Positions 9,265 to 19,454 are shown, counted from the first letter of the stretch. The stretch is DNA of 64,000 bases from Candidatus Omnitrophota bacterium (GCA_021735045.1 JAIPHU010000002.1:10120-74119), one strand, 5' to 3'. Made by a program: numbers and translations. Notes: generated from the letters alone by a model not told the origin.

Positions 9265-12168
9265 ATGAGATATAGATTAAGCATTAAAATTTTATTTTGG
9301 TTTTCCTTGTTTATTATAGCAATTGTCGTAGTAAATTTGGCTTCTATTTATCAACTGCAGCGAATGGAAAAGCCCCTAAAAGAAGAGCTAACCCAAGATA
9401 TCCAAAACATCAAAGAAAACGAAATATTAGATCATCTAGCTGAATTGATAAGATACTACGATGAAGTTTTAACTCAATCGGTGCGAAATTATGCTTTTAC
9501 CGGTAACTTAGAGTGGAAGAAGCGCTATCAAAATATTGAACCAAAATTAGATCAGGCGATCAAAGAAGCAATATCTCGTGGAAACAGACAGGATAAAAAA
9601 TTTTTTAAAACAGTTGATCAAGCCAATGAAATTTTGGTCAACCTTGAACATCAAGCTCTAGACTTAGTTGACCAAGGTAATCAAGATCAGGCGATTGCGA
9701 TTTTAGAAAGTAAAAAATATAGAGCCAATAAAAATCAATACTATTCTGGCTTTAGTAGCTACTTACAACGGAGAATGTCTGAGCACGAAAAAGCGATAAC
9801 TTTCTCCAGCAAAGATTTAGAAGAAACAATAAGTATATTAAATGAAATTACAAAACAAAATTATTATTTTTTTATCGCTTCCTTAGCTTTTATCTTGTTG
9901 GTCTCATTCTTGTTTGGCTTATTTTTACGTTTTAATGTTTCTCAGCCGTTAACTCGATTGGTAAAATTAATCAAAGCTTCCGGTAAAAAGGGAGGAAGGA
10001 AAGATCTCGTTAACAATAATTTTGGCTTGATGAAACGAAAAGATGAGATTGGAGAGTTGGCAACAACTTACAACCAAATCTGGCAAGATCTAGAAGAAAC
10101 TACAGTTTCTCGCGAAAAACTAGTAAAAGAAGTTGAGCTGCATAAGGAATCAAAACAAAAGATTAGCCGCCTAAATATGATCTTACGGTCAATCTCAGAA
10201 ATAAACCAAATGCTAATTAATGTTGATAACCGAAAAAGTTTAATTGAAAAAACCTGTCGAGAGCTGATTAATATTAGGGGTTATAAAAGTGCCTGGATTG
10301 TTCTATTTGATCCTCAAGGTGATTTTTTAGATGCTGCATCTTTCGGGCTAGGCGATAAATTTAATTTATTTAAAAATGATATTAAAGTAGGAAGCATCCC
10401 CCGCTGTTTAAGTAAAATATGCAAGGAAAAGAAGCTATTTCAAGTTGATGAGCCGCATCAAATGTGCAAAGATTGCTCCTTATATAAATACCACCAAGGA
10501 GTTAAAACTATTGTTACTTGCCTGCAGCTAGAGGGGGTTGTATATGGGGCCTTAACGGTAGCTATTCCTGAGAGTATTGAAATTGATCAGCAAGAGTTAT
10601 CTTTGCTTAAGGAAATTAGCGGAGATATTTCTTTGGGGCTGCATCACTTAGAAGTTGAAAAAAAACGTCGGTTAACTGAAAATAAGTTAAAAGAAAGAGT
10701 AAAAGAATTTGGTTGTTTGTCAAATTTGGCAAAAATTGTCGAGGAGCCCGGTATTAGCTTAGAAGGAATATTAGCTAAAACAGTGGAGATAATACCTTTT
10801 GCCTTGCAATATCCCAGTAGTGCTTCGGCTCGATTAAGGTATGCAGAAAATGAGTATAATACTAAGGGTTTTAAGGAAACCAATTGTAAATTAAAAGAGG
10901 ATATTTATGTTGATTTAAAAAAGGTTGGTTTTATCGAAGCTTGTTATTCTTTAAGTATACAGGATGAAAAAGGGGAGTGTCCTTTTTTAGAAGAAGAAAA
11001 TACTTTATTTAGATTGATAGCGGAACGGCTAGGCAGAATTATCGAACGAAAAAAAGCCGAAGAGTTTTTAGAAGAAGCTAAAAATAAATTCAGTAGTTTA
11101 GTGGACAATGTTCCCGGGGCTATCTATCGATGTGCCAATGATTCAAAATGGACTATGAATTATATTAGTGATGAAATTGAGAAAATATCTGGTTATCCGG
11201 CTAGTGATTTTATTAAAAATAAGGTAAGAACTTATGAAAGTATAATTTACAAAGAAGACAAGGATTTGGTCAATAAAAAGATTCAAGAAGCTATAGAAAA
11301 AGGAAAATCTTATAATATTGAATACAGAATAGTTAATAAAAATGATAAGGTTGTATGGGTGGGCGAGAAAGGGAAAGGTGTATTCAATAAAGAGGAAAAA
11401 TTGATTTGGCTTGACGGTGTTATCTTTGATATTACTTTACAGAAGAAAGCAGAAGATAAATTAGAAAAAGCAATAAAAATGAAGTCAGATTTTTTATCCA
11501 CAGTTTCTCATGAGTTGCGTACTCCACTGGCTGCAATCAAAGAAGGGATAAATATAGTTTATGACCAATCCGCCGGTAAAATTAACAAAGAGCAGAAAGA
11601 ATTTTTGACGATATCAAAAAGAAATGTAGACCGCTTGGCTCGTTTGATCAACGATGTCTTAGATATCCAGAAATTAGAATCAGGCAAAGCGGAGTTTAAT
11701 TTTAAAAAAGAGAATATCAATGACATAATTAAAGAAGTTTTTGAGACGATGCAGCCCCATGCAGCTAAAAAGCAATTACAGTTAAAATTAAATCTAGATA
11801 GTAATATTTCGAAGATAAAAGTTGATCGGGATAAGATCATTCAAGTTATCACCAATTTGATGAGTAATGCAATTAAATTTACTGAACAAGGGAAAGTAGT
11901 TATAAAAAGCTTGTTAGAGCAAAATGCGATAAAGGTTATAGTCTCTGACACAGGGCCGGGGATAAAAAAGGAAGATTTGTCAAAATTATTTAAGACATTT
12001 CAACAACTTCAAACTGGAAAAGGACGGAAAACCGGGGGGACTGGCCTAGGATTGGCAATCTGTAAGGATATAATCAACAAACACCGTGGGAAAATATGGG
12101 CAGAGTCAGAACTAGACAAAGGCTCAAAATTTATTTTTTTGCTGCCGATTAAGGAAAGGCGAGCTTAA
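9265..12168 (+). CDS. large sensor histidine kinase (periplasmic sensor, TM, HAMP-like linker, GAF, PAS, HisKA, HATPase_c)
   Basis: Two TM segments flank a ~180-aa extracytoplasmic region. H-box SHELRTPL. N, G1 and G2 boxes (NLMSNAIKFT, DTGPGI, GGTGLGL). A Cys-rich GAF-like segment. Confidence 0.9.
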   Translation: MRYRLSIKILFWFSLFIIAIVVVNLASIYQLQRMEKPLKEELTQDIQNIKENEILDHLAELIRYYDEVLTQSVRNYAFTGNLEWKKRYQNIEPKLDQAIKEAISRGNRQDKKFFKTVDQANEILVNLEHQALDLVDQGNQDQAIAILESKKYRANKNQYYSGFSSYLQRRMSEHEKAITFSSKDLEETISILNEITKQNYYFFIASLAFILLVSFLFGLFLRFNVSQPLTRLVKLIKASGKKGGRKDLVNNNFGLMKRKDEIGELATTYNQIWQDLEETTVSREKLVKEVELHKESKQKISRLNMILRSISEINQMLINVDNRKSLIEKTCRELINIRGYKSAWIVLFDPQGDFLDAASFGLGDKFNLFKNDIKVGSIPRCLSKICKEKKLFQVDEPHQMCKDCSLYKYHQGVKTIVTCLQLEGVVYGALTVAIPESIEIDQQELSLLKEISGDISLGLHHLEVEKKRRLTENKLKERVKEFGCLSNLAKIVEEPGISLEGILAKTVEIIPFALQYPSSASARLRYAENEYNTKGFKETNCKLKEDIYVDLKKVGFIEACYSLSIQDEKGECPFLEEENTLFRLIAERLGRIIERKKAEEFLEEAKNKFSSLVDNVPGAIYRCANDSKWTMNYISDEIEKISGYPASDFIKNKVRTYESIIYKEDKDLVNKKIQEAIEKGKSYNIEYRIVNKNDKVVWVGEKGKGVFNKEEKLIWLDGVIFDITLQKKAEDKLEKAIKMKSDFLSTVSHELRTPLAAIKEGINIVYDQSAGKINKEQKEFLTISKRNVDRLARLINDVLDIQKLESGKAEFNFKKENINDIIKEVFETMQPHAAKKQLQLKLNLDSNISKIKVDRDKIIQVITNLMSNAIKFTEQGKVVIKSLLEQNAIKVIVSDTGPGIKKEDLSKLFKTFQQLQTGKGRKTGGTGLGLAICKDIINKHRGKIWAESELDKGSKFIFLLPIKERRA

Positions 12169-12182
12169 AGATAGGGGTAAAG

Positions 12183-12545
12183 ATGAGTAAAAAGATTTTA
12201 ATTGTAGATGATGAGCCAGATATTTTAAAAATTGTAATTTTTCGGCTCAAGAATAAGGGCTATCAAACAATCAGTGCAACCAGTGGAGAAGAAGCGTTTC
12301 AGTTGTTAGGAGAGGATAAACCGGACCTTATCATTTTAGATTTACGAATGCCGGGTATCAATGGGGATGAGGTTTGCCGCAGGATTAAAGCAGACAATAA
12401 TTTAAATAAGATACCGGTAATCTTGTTAACCGCATCTACCGGCCATGATATTGCAGGATTAGCAAAAGATATAGGAGCGGTTGATTTCATTCGAAAACCC
12501 TTTGATAGTCAACATTTTATCAATAAAATAGAGAATGTTCTCTAA
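12183..12545 (+). CDS. CheY-like response regulator, receiver only
   Basis: DDEPD, LIILDLRMP and KPFD motifs. 15 nt downstream of the kinase. Paralog of 838..1209. Confidence 0.9.
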   Translation: MSKKILIVDDEPDILKIVIFRLKNKGYQTISATSGEEAFQLLGEDKPDLIILDLRMPGINGDEVCRRIKADNNLNKIPVILLTASTGHDIAGLAKDIGAVDFIRKPFDSQHFINKIENVL

Positions 12546-12675
12546 AAAAATAGTATTATTTCTTTTAAGAAAGTTCTTTACAATTGTCTTAAAGAAGGTA
12601 CAATTAAGTTAGTATTAAATTGATCATTGACACAGAGAGAGAAAAAGAGGATCGGAAAGCAAGGAGAAAGAAAGT

Positions 12676-12972
12676 ATGGAAGAAAACAAGAAAATTTACG
12701 TTGGCAATCTGAACTATGACACTACAAAAGAAGATTTGCAGAAAGCAATTGAAGAAGCTGGTGCCACACCTACAGATGTAACCATTATTAGTGACAAATA
12801 CACCGGCAGATCAAAGGGGTTCGGCTTTGCAGAGTTTGAGACAGAAGAAGATACTCAGAAAGTGATTGAAGCCTTAGAAGGAAAAGAATTAGCAGGAAGA
12901 AACTTAAAAGTAAACAAAGCTCGGCCAAGAAAACCAAGAAATGATAATTTTGGTTCTGGCCGTCGCTTCTAA
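12676..12972 (+). CDS. RRM-type RNA-binding protein (glycine-rich tail)
   Basis: RNP2 KIYVGNL and RNP1 KGFGFAEF. Long purine-rich leader with RBS aaggag. Confidence 0.85.
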   Translation: MEENKKIYVGNLNYDTTKEDLQKAIEEAGATPTDVTIISDKYTGRSKGFGFAEFETEEDTQKVIEALEGKELAGRNLKVNKARPRKPRNDNFGSGRRF

Positions 12973-13020
12973 CAAGTAAACAAAAGAAAATAGATCCGAT
13001 ACTCTCGTAAGTGTTTCATA

Positions 13021-13055
13021 AGAGGCAGTAGATTGTTCTACTGCCTCTTTTTTTA
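13021..13055 (+). terminator. rho-independent terminator after the RRM gene
   Basis: AGAGGCAGTAG-attgtt-CTACTGCCTCT forms a 10-bp stem, followed by T7. Confidence 0.8.
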
Positions 13056-13093
13056 TATCTAGAACTAAAAAACAGTTGTTTTAAGCTTTTATA

Positions 13094-13122
13094 TTGACTT
13101 GAGTTGCTATTTTTATTAGAAT
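13094..13122 (+). promoter_or_regulatory. sigma70-like promoter TTGACT-17-TAGAAT
   Basis: Read directly; positioned upstream of 13193. Confidence 0.5.
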
Positions 13123-13192
13123 GTAGGTACAGAAGTTGATCCAGTTTTCTAAACTGGTATATATAAATAACCTAGTTAAAAGGAGGTGTCAT

Positions 13193-13864
13193 ATGGATTG
13201 GAAAGAGCTTGTTGCCGAACCTGGCAAAGAAATGCTGAGAAAGATTGGGGAGTATATTCCAGCTGTGTTGGGTGCTTTGGTTATTTTGATTCTTGGTTGG
13301 ATTATTGCAAAGGTTATCCAAAAGCTTGCCCGTAAATTTCTGGATTTAGTTAGATTTGAAAAATTTGCTGAAAAAGCTGGGATATCAGAGGCATTATCTA
13401 AAGGAAATATTAAGAATAATGCTACTCAATTATTAAGTGCATTGGTATATTGGTTCATTATGATTTTAGTTTTGGTGATGGTAGTCAATGCTTTAGGTTT
13501 AACTGTGGCATCACAGTTGCTTGACGGGCTGCTTGGCTATATCCCTAATGTTATTGCAGCTGTTTTTGTGCTGGTTTTAGGTTTATTTTTAGCTAATTTG
13601 GTTTCAGGAATTGTGAGAACTGCTGCTAGTAACGCAAAACTACCTAAACCGGAAGTATTAGCTGGATTAAGCCAGTGGGCTATAGTAATTTTTGCCGTAA
13701 CTGCATCCTTGCGCCAGTTGGGAATAGCGCCATTTTTAGTATCTACTACTTTTTATATTCTCTTTGGAGGGATTTGCTTGGCCTTGTCCTTAGCTTTTGG
13801 GCTAGGTGGAAAAGATGTGGCTGCAAAATTATTAGAAGATTTCCGGAGCAAATATATAAAGTAA
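13193..13864 (+). CDS. integral membrane protein with repeated TM helices (conserved TM-helix-repeat / MscS-like N-terminal type)
   Basis: Start chosen at the ATG preceded by aaaggaggtgtcat. The ORF track starts earlier, at 13136, without an RBS. 4 to 6 hydrophobic helices. Confidence 0.55.
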   Translation: MDWKELVAEPGKEMLRKIGEYIPAVLGALVILILGWIIAKVIQKLARKFLDLVRFEKFAEKAGISEALSKGNIKNNATQLLSALVYWFIMILVLVMVVNALGLTVASQLLDGLLGYIPNVIAAVFVLVLGLFLANLVSGIVRTAASNAKLPKPEVLAGLSQWAIVIFAVTASLRQLGIAPFLVSTTFYILFGGICLALSLAFGLGGKDVAAKLLEDFRSKYIK

Positions 13865-13980
13865 GCAGTTGTTGAAAAAACAATAATCCTTCGTTTCCGA
13901 AAAAAGGAGGCGAAGGATTTTTAAATTTAAGAATAAATTAGATGGTTTTATGGTAAAATATTTACAAAATAAAAACTATT

Positions 13981-14229
13981 ATGAAAAGGCCAGATATAGA
14001 ATATCCTTGTGATTGGGGCTATAAGATTATCGGAGAAGACCAAGAGCTGCTTAAAGATACTGCTGCCAAGATAATAAATGATAGAGACTATACTATTAGT
14101 GTCTCTGGCAAAAGCAGAACCGGAAAGTATACCTCTTTAGATATAAAAACTAGAGTTTTAGATCAATCTGACCGGAATAAAATATTTTCTGATTTTAGCA
14201 ATCATCCGAGTGTAAAAAAGGTATTATAA
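13981..14229 (+). CDS. YbeD/DUF493-like small protein
   Basis: 82 aa. DIEYPCDWGYKIIG is typical of the UPF0250 N-terminus. Confidence 0.5.
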   Translation: MKRPDIEYPCDWGYKIIGEDQELLKDTAAKIINDRDYTISVSGKSRTGKYTSLDIKTRVLDQSDRNKIFSDFSNHPSVKKVL

Positions 14230-14230
14230 A

Positions 14231-14701
14231 ATGTTAACTAAAGAGGCTCTTAATTTTTTAAAAGGGAAAAGTTTTATTAACGTAGCGACCTGTGGAGAAG
14301 GCTTGCGTCCTAATGTTGCCCCAAAGTTTTTATTAAAAATTGAAAATAATTATATATATTTGATTGATTATGTAAGAAATACTACTTTAAAGAATATAGA
14401 GATAAATTCTAAAGTATCAATTTCTTCAATTAATTTGGATACATTAAAAGGGTATCAAGTTAATGGTTTGGCTGAAATAATAAAAAAAGAGAGGAAAAGT
14501 ATCTATAAGGCTTTGTTAGAAGAATATGAGCAAAAACAAATAGATCTATCCACCAGACGTCTTATTGAAGCTTTGCATGATCAGAAAAAATCAAGTAACT
14601 ATGAAGCAGAATTTCCTAAACGGGTGGCGATCATAAAAATCAAGGTTACCGAAGCTGTGGGGATAAGTTTGCAAGGGAATCTAGAGCGAGAAAATTTTTA
14701 A
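14231..14701 (+). CDS. hypothetical protein, possibly FMN-binding split-barrel (PNPOx-like)
   Basis: Size and pattern only. Weak call. Confidence 0.3.
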   Translation: MLTKEALNFLKGKSFINVATCGEGLRPNVAPKFLLKIENNYIYLIDYVRNTTLKNIEINSKVSISSINLDTLKGYQVNGLAEIIKKERKSIYKALLEEYEQKQIDLSTRRLIEALHDQKKSSNYEAEFPKRVAIIKIKVTEAVGISLQGNLERENF

Positions 14702-14714
14702 AAAAAGGGTTACG

Positions 14715-16157
14715 ATGAAAGAAAAAATAGCTGTTGTTGGTGCTGGAGTTGGGGGGTTGGCGACTGCAGCAAGGCTTAGTTACCTCGGTTATGAGGTAGA
14801 AGTCTATGAAAAACTTTCTGAGTGTGGGGGAAGGGCTCATCTAATTGAAGATAGAGGGTTTAAGTTTGATACAGGGCCTTCTTTTGTGCTGATGCCAGAT
14901 TTTTTTAAAGAAGTTTTTGATTTTTGTAAAAAGGATATATCTGATTATCTTAATCTCGTTACCCTAGATACTAATTATAAAATATTTTACCCAACTGGAA
15001 AAACTTTAACTATTTACCAAGATAAAGCTAAAACGGAAGCAGAGCTAGAAAAAATAGAACCAGGTGCGAGTTTTGGCTATAATCAGTTCCTTCAAGATAC
15101 AAGAAAAATTTATCAAGCTGTTAAACCTTTACTTTATCATTGCTTCTCTAAGGCTGACCTGTTTAAACCTTCTACTTGGGCTCTTATCAAAAAGTTAGAT
15201 ATCGGTAAAACTTATTGGCAACTTGCTAATAAATATTTTAAGAGTCCGGAGCTTTGTTATGCTTTTACCTTTGAAGCTATGTTTATTGGAGTCTCTCCTT
15301 TTTCTACACCATCTTTTTATAGTGTTATCACTTATTCGGATCATGTAGAAAAAATACGTCACCCGATTGGAGGAATGTATCAAATACCTCTAGCTTTAGA
15401 AAAAATGGCTAAGGAGTTTGGAGCAAAGTTCCATTACAATTTCAAAGTAGATGAAATAAAAAAAGAAAATAGATTTTTGATTATGTCTGGAGAAAAAAAA
15501 GAGGCAGCAGACAAAGTTGTGGTTAACACAGATTGGTCATATACTCAGCAAAATATTTTAAAAAGGAAAATACCCAAGTTGAAATACTCGTGTTCAGTTT
15601 ATCTGATTTATCTTGGTCTTACTAAAAAGGTAGAAGCGCTAGAACACCATAATTTATTTTTTGCAAAAGACTTACCTAAAAATCTTGCTGATATTTTTAC
15701 CAACTCGAATATACCCGAGGACCCTTCATTTTATATCCATGTACCAACTCGTACTGATTCAAGCCTGGCCCCGGAAGCAAAAGATATTGCTTATATTTTG
15801 GTGCCCGTACCAAATTTAGAAAAAAAGTATTGTTTTAAAGATCATGAACAAAAGGTTAGAGATATAATATTTAATATTGTAAAAGATAAACTAGGCATAG
15901 ATCTTAGAGATTTAATTGAAATAGAGCATCGTTTTTATCCAGATGATTTTATCGAAAAATATAATATTTTAAATGCAGCTACTTTTGGCCTTTCGCATAA
16001 TTTTCTTCAAAGCGCATTTTTTAGGCCCACTAATTTTGACTCAAAATATAAGGGACTTTATCATGTGGGGGCAAGTACTCAACCAGGCGGAGGGCTTCCT
16101 ACTGTTTTAGCTAGCTCTAAGATTGTAACTGATTTGATAGCTTCTGGCCGGCCTTAA
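14715..16157 (+). CDS. FAD-dependent phytoene/squalene desaturase family oxidoreductase (CrtI/HpnE-like)
   Basis: N-terminal Rossmann motif VVGAGVGGLATA. C-terminal GASTQPGGGLPTV is typical of CrtI-family amine-oxidase folds. Confidence 0.8.
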   Translation: MKEKIAVVGAGVGGLATAARLSYLGYEVEVYEKLSECGGRAHLIEDRGFKFDTGPSFVLMPDFFKEVFDFCKKDISDYLNLVTLDTNYKIFYPTGKTLTIYQDKAKTEAELEKIEPGASFGYNQFLQDTRKIYQAVKPLLYHCFSKADLFKPSTWALIKKLDIGKTYWQLANKYFKSPELCYAFTFEAMFIGVSPFSTPSFYSVITYSDHVEKIRHPIGGMYQIPLALEKMAKEFGAKFHYNFKVDEIKKENRFLIMSGEKKEAADKVVVNTDWSYTQQNILKRKIPKLKYSCSVYLIYLGLTKKVEALEHHNLFFAKDLPKNLADIFTNSNIPEDPSFYIHVPTRTDSSLAPEAKDIAYILVPVPNLEKKYCFKDHEQKVRDIIFNIVKDKLGIDLRDLIEIEHRFYPDDFIEKYNILNAATFGLSHNFLQSAFFRPTNFDSKYKGLYHVGASTQPGGGLPTVLASSKIVTDLIASGRP

Positions 16158-16993
16158 CCAATATTTTTAATTTTTTTAACAACAGATTTTATGATATTTT
16201 CTGGAGTGGAGGCTCCTGCTGTTATCCCCACTGACTTTATATTTTTAAACCAATGTGGGCTAATTTTTTTCTCATTTTCTATCCAATAAGTCTTGGGGTT
16301 TATTTTCCTAGATATCTGATAAAGTCGTTTAGTGTTAGCGCTTGCTTTTGAGCCAATGATTAAGACCAATTCATTCTGATAAGACATTGTTTTTATCTCA
16401 TTTTGTTTTTGACGAGTTGGTTTACAGATTGTATCTATAAATTTTAAATGAGGGATATATTTTTTTATTTTGTAAACAATATTTTTTACTTCATCGATAT
16501 TTTGAGTTGATTGACTAATCACAACAGCTTTTTTTAAACCTTTTAGCATTTTTTTTTCTATCTTAACTTTTGGGTTAAATACTAGCGGTTCTTTATCTAG
16601 TTGTCCCACTATACCCTGTACTTCGTCGTGTTTTTTATCTCCAATGATAATTATTTTATAACCTTTGTTTTGGTATTGTTTAGCAATTTGATGGATTTCT
16701 TTTACCATCGGGCAAGTTGCATCAATAATCTTATAGCCGAGTTTTTTCGCCTTTCTATAAGTTGATTTTGGTGCTCCATGGGCCCGGATCAGGAGGGTTT
16801 TATCTTTTCCGTTAGTTAACTTATTGATTTTTTTAATCCCCATTTTTTTGATTTGCTTGACAACTTCTTCGTTGTGGACTATATCGCCAAGCATATCAAT
16901 TTTGGCACAATTTTTTACAGCTTCATCAGCAATGATTAAAGCTTGTTTTACCCCCAAACAAAAACCCGCGGATTTTGCAATGTTTATTTTCAT
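16154..16993 (-). CDS. ispH: 4-hydroxy-3-methylbut-2-enyl diphosphate reductase
   Basis: 279 aa. GFCLGVKQA, HNEEVV and three conserved Cys regions. 4-nt overlap with the upstream crtB-like gene. Confidence 0.85.
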   Translation of the reverse strand: MKINIAKSAGFCLGVKQALIIADEAVKNCAKIDMLGDIVHNEEVVKQIKKMGIKKINKLTNGKDKTLLIRAHGAPKSTYRKAKKLGYKIIDATCPMVKEIHQIAKQYQNKGYKIIIIGDKKHDEVQGIVGQLDKEPLVFNPKVKIEKKMLKGLKKAVVISQSTQNIDEVKNIVYKIKKYIPHLKFIDTICKPTRQKQNEIKTMSYQNELVLIIGSKASANTKRLYQISRKINPKTYWIENEKKISPHWFKNIKSVGITAGASTPENIIKSVVKKIKNIG

Positions 16994-17853
16994 AAGTATT
17001 TAAAATTAAGTACAGTCGATAAACTAATTAATATTTTATCTGAAATAGTAGTATAGGCTCGTTTTTTAAAAATATTATATTGATTTTGTTCAATTTTATC
17101 AAGTATAGCTGCATAAATATTTTTCATAAGATATATTGTTAATCGGCAACGGCATCCAGTTATAAACTTTATTCCTTTTTCTGATTCTTGGTAAAGCTTC
17201 CGGGCTTTGTTTATTTGAAATTTCATAAAATTGACAAAATTGTCATCTACTATTTCTTTCTTCAAGTTGTTTTGGCTGATATTAAATTTTTTGAGGTCGT
17301 CTTTTGGCAAATAGATCCGGCCTCGCTTAAAGTCTTCTTTTATATCCCGTAAGATATTTGTTAGTTGCATAGCGACTCCAAGGTCTATCGCATATTTTTT
17401 AGCGCTCTTGTTTTTAAAGCCAAAGATATAGAGCATAATTAATCCTACAACTCCAGCTACTCTGTAACAATATTTGTAAAGTTGATCATAGTTTGTGTAG
17501 GTATTTTTTTCTAAATCCATCTGCATGCCTTCGTTTAGATGGTCAAAATATTCTTTTGGTATATTATAGGAGTTGATAGTTTTTCTAAATGCAGAAAGTA
17601 AACTTGAGTTTGGTGGTTGAGATAAATAGGCAGCATCAATATTATTTTTTATTTGCTCTAATTTTTTTCGATTTCCTAGGCTGTTATCTACGCTATCGTC
17701 GCTAATTCTACAAATGGCATAGATAGCATAAGCGCTTTTTTTCTTTTGAAAGTTAAGTAGAATAGAGGCGAAGTAGAAGGATTTTGCATTTTTTTTAGTT
17801 ATTTTCTTTGCTAATTTAAATCCTTGGTCAATCTTTGTATTTTTTTTTAACAT
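16990..17853 (-). CDS. squalene/phytoene synthase family (CrtB/HpnD-like)
   Basis: YCYRVAGVVG, two Asp-rich regions and NILRDIKED. Confidence 0.8.
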   Translation of the reverse strand: MLKKNTKIDQGFKLAKKITKKNAKSFYFASILLNFQKKKSAYAIYAICRISDDSVDNSLGNRKKLEQIKNNIDAAYLSQPPNSSLLSAFRKTINSYNIPKEYFDHLNEGMQMDLEKNTYTNYDQLYKYCYRVAGVVGLIMLYIFGFKNKSAKKYAIDLGVAMQLTNILRDIKEDFKRGRIYLPKDDLKKFNISQNNLKKEIVDDNFVNFMKFQINKARKLYQESEKGIKFITGCRCRLTIYLMKNIYAAILDKIEQNQYNIFKKRAYTTISDKILISLSTVLNFKYL

Positions 17854-17956
17854 GTCTTTATTTTAAGATTAAGGGCAATATATGCAAGTAAAATAACTAT
17901 CGTCTTAATCAGCAGAGAAAGGTTGATTTTGTTATTAATTGGTTTAAAATATTTGT

Positions 17957-18265
17957 ATGTCTGAATATGCATTAATCCTGTTTTTTTCTTTAGTTTTGCC
18001 CCTTTTTTTGAGTTTTTATCGGCCGCTTAAATTTTACCAAAAGATTAAGCCACTTTTTCTCTCGATATTTTTTATTCTGATTATCTTTGGCGGTTGGGAT
18101 ATCTGGGCGACTTATCGGGGCCATTGGTATTTTAACTCTCAATATATTTGGAGCCCAAAAATATTTAATTTACCTTTAGAAGAAGTTCTTTTTTTTATAG
18201 TTGTACCATTTTGTTCTATCTTTAGCTGGGAAGTAATTTTATTTTTTAAAAGAAAATTAAGATGA
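17957..18265 (+). CDS. small polytopic membrane protein, candidate lycopene-cyclase-domain subunit (CrtYc-like)
   Basis: 102 aa with 3 TM helices. Paired with a second ~100-aa membrane protein (4-nt overlap). Sits inside the carotenoid gene context. Confidence 0.4.
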   Translation: MSEYALILFFSLVLPLFLSFYRPLKFYQKIKPLFLSIFFILIIFGGWDIWATYRGHWYFNSQYIWSPKIFNLPLEEVLFFIVVPFCSIFSWEVILFFKRKLR

Positions 18266-18576
18266 AAGAATATACATTAATTAGCTTGGGTTCGATAGTT
18301 ATCACTTTTTTATTAGAAAAACTGCTAAAAACTGGTTTATTTAAAAAAATTGAATATTATATTTATTTAATTTTTATTATGGCTGCTGAGTTAATAGTTA
18401 ATGGGTTGATTACCTCAAAAGGAATTGTAAAATATAATTCTGATTTTTATCTTGGTATCAAAGTTGGTAGTATTCCTGTGGAAGATTTTTTCTTTGGGTT
18501 TAGCATGGTGACAACCACGATAATGTTTTGGGAATTTTTTAAAAGGCGCCTTAAGCAGGAGAGAAGCTATGAATAG
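18262..18576 (+). CDS. small polytopic membrane protein, candidate lycopene-cyclase-domain subunit (CrtYd-like)
   Basis: 104 aa, membrane protein. Translationally coupled to the preceding gene. Confidence 0.4.
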   Translation: MKEYTLISLGSIVITFLLEKLLKTGLFKKIEYYIYLIFIMAAELIVNGLITSKGIVKYNSDFYLGIKVGSIPVEDFFFGFSMVTTTIMFWEFFKRRLKQERSYE

Positions 18577-19450
18577 GATTAGCCAAGTATTTTTGTTTGT
18601 TTTTATCGGCATAGTTACCTTTAATTTATGTTTTGGCCTAAATTGGATAAATTTACATAACCAAGCCGATAAAATAAATTTAGAGCAAGCAAAGGAGGAG
18701 GTTTTAGCAAGTTCTGATTCTATACCAGAACTATATACTTTAGCTTTGGCCTATCTCAATCAATATGAAGCAAAAAAGGCAAAAAAAAGTTTTGAAAAAA
18801 TTCTTAATTTAGATTCATCTAATCTGATGGCAAAGTGGGGTCAAATTGAATCTTTACGACGTTTGCATCAGTGCAGTAGTTGCATAAAAGAGCTAGAAAA
18901 TATTATTAAAAAAAAGCCAAGTTTTGCTCCTGCCTATATTACCCTTGCTTATCTCTACTATACAAATATGGATTTTGAAACAACTTCAAGGCTTTGCTAT
19001 AAGGTAATAAAGATGGGTAAAGATAAGGTAGACACATCTAACTATTTAAGAGCCTTAGGCCTTTTTGCTGGAGCAAAAGGGATGATTGCTCATTACGGAG
19101 GGCCTTTATCTAAAGTTATTAATGGCCGTTCTGTAATGCCTTATTTACAAAAAGCAAAAAAAATGGATCCAGATTCACCGATTGTTTATTTTGGTTTAGG
19201 TAGTTATTATATGCTTATTCCTCCTATCTTTGGGAGAAACTTGGAAAAGTCCCAATATTACCTCCAGAAAGCAATTGATTCTGACCCAAAGTTTGCTGAT
19301 ATTTATGTAAGGCTGGCTCAAGTTTATCGCGCTCAAGGCAATATGGATAAGTATGATCAATATCTAAATAAAGCTTTAGATATAGATCCAAAAAATGAAC
19401 TTGCCTTAGATATAAAAACACGAAAATGTGATTTTATTTGTATTGATTAG
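18569..19450 (+). CDS. secreted/anchored TPR-repeat protein
   Basis: Signal/anchor peptide and TPR-like repeats. 8-nt overlap with the upstream gene. Confidence 0.6.
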   Translation: MNRISQVFLFVFIGIVTFNLCFGLNWINLHNQADKINLEQAKEEVLASSDSIPELYTLALAYLNQYEAKKAKKSFEKILNLDSSNLMAKWGQIESLRRLHQCSSCIKELENIIKKKPSFAPAYITLAYLYYTNMDFETTSRLCYKVIKMGKDKVDTSNYLRALGLFAGAKGMIAHYGGPLSKVINGRSVMPYLQKAKKMDPDSPIVYFGLGSYYMLIPPIFGRNLEKSQYYLQKAIDSDPKFADIYVRLAQVYRAQGNMDKYDQYLNKALDIDPKNELALDIKTRKCDFICID

Positions 19451-19454
19451 AAAG

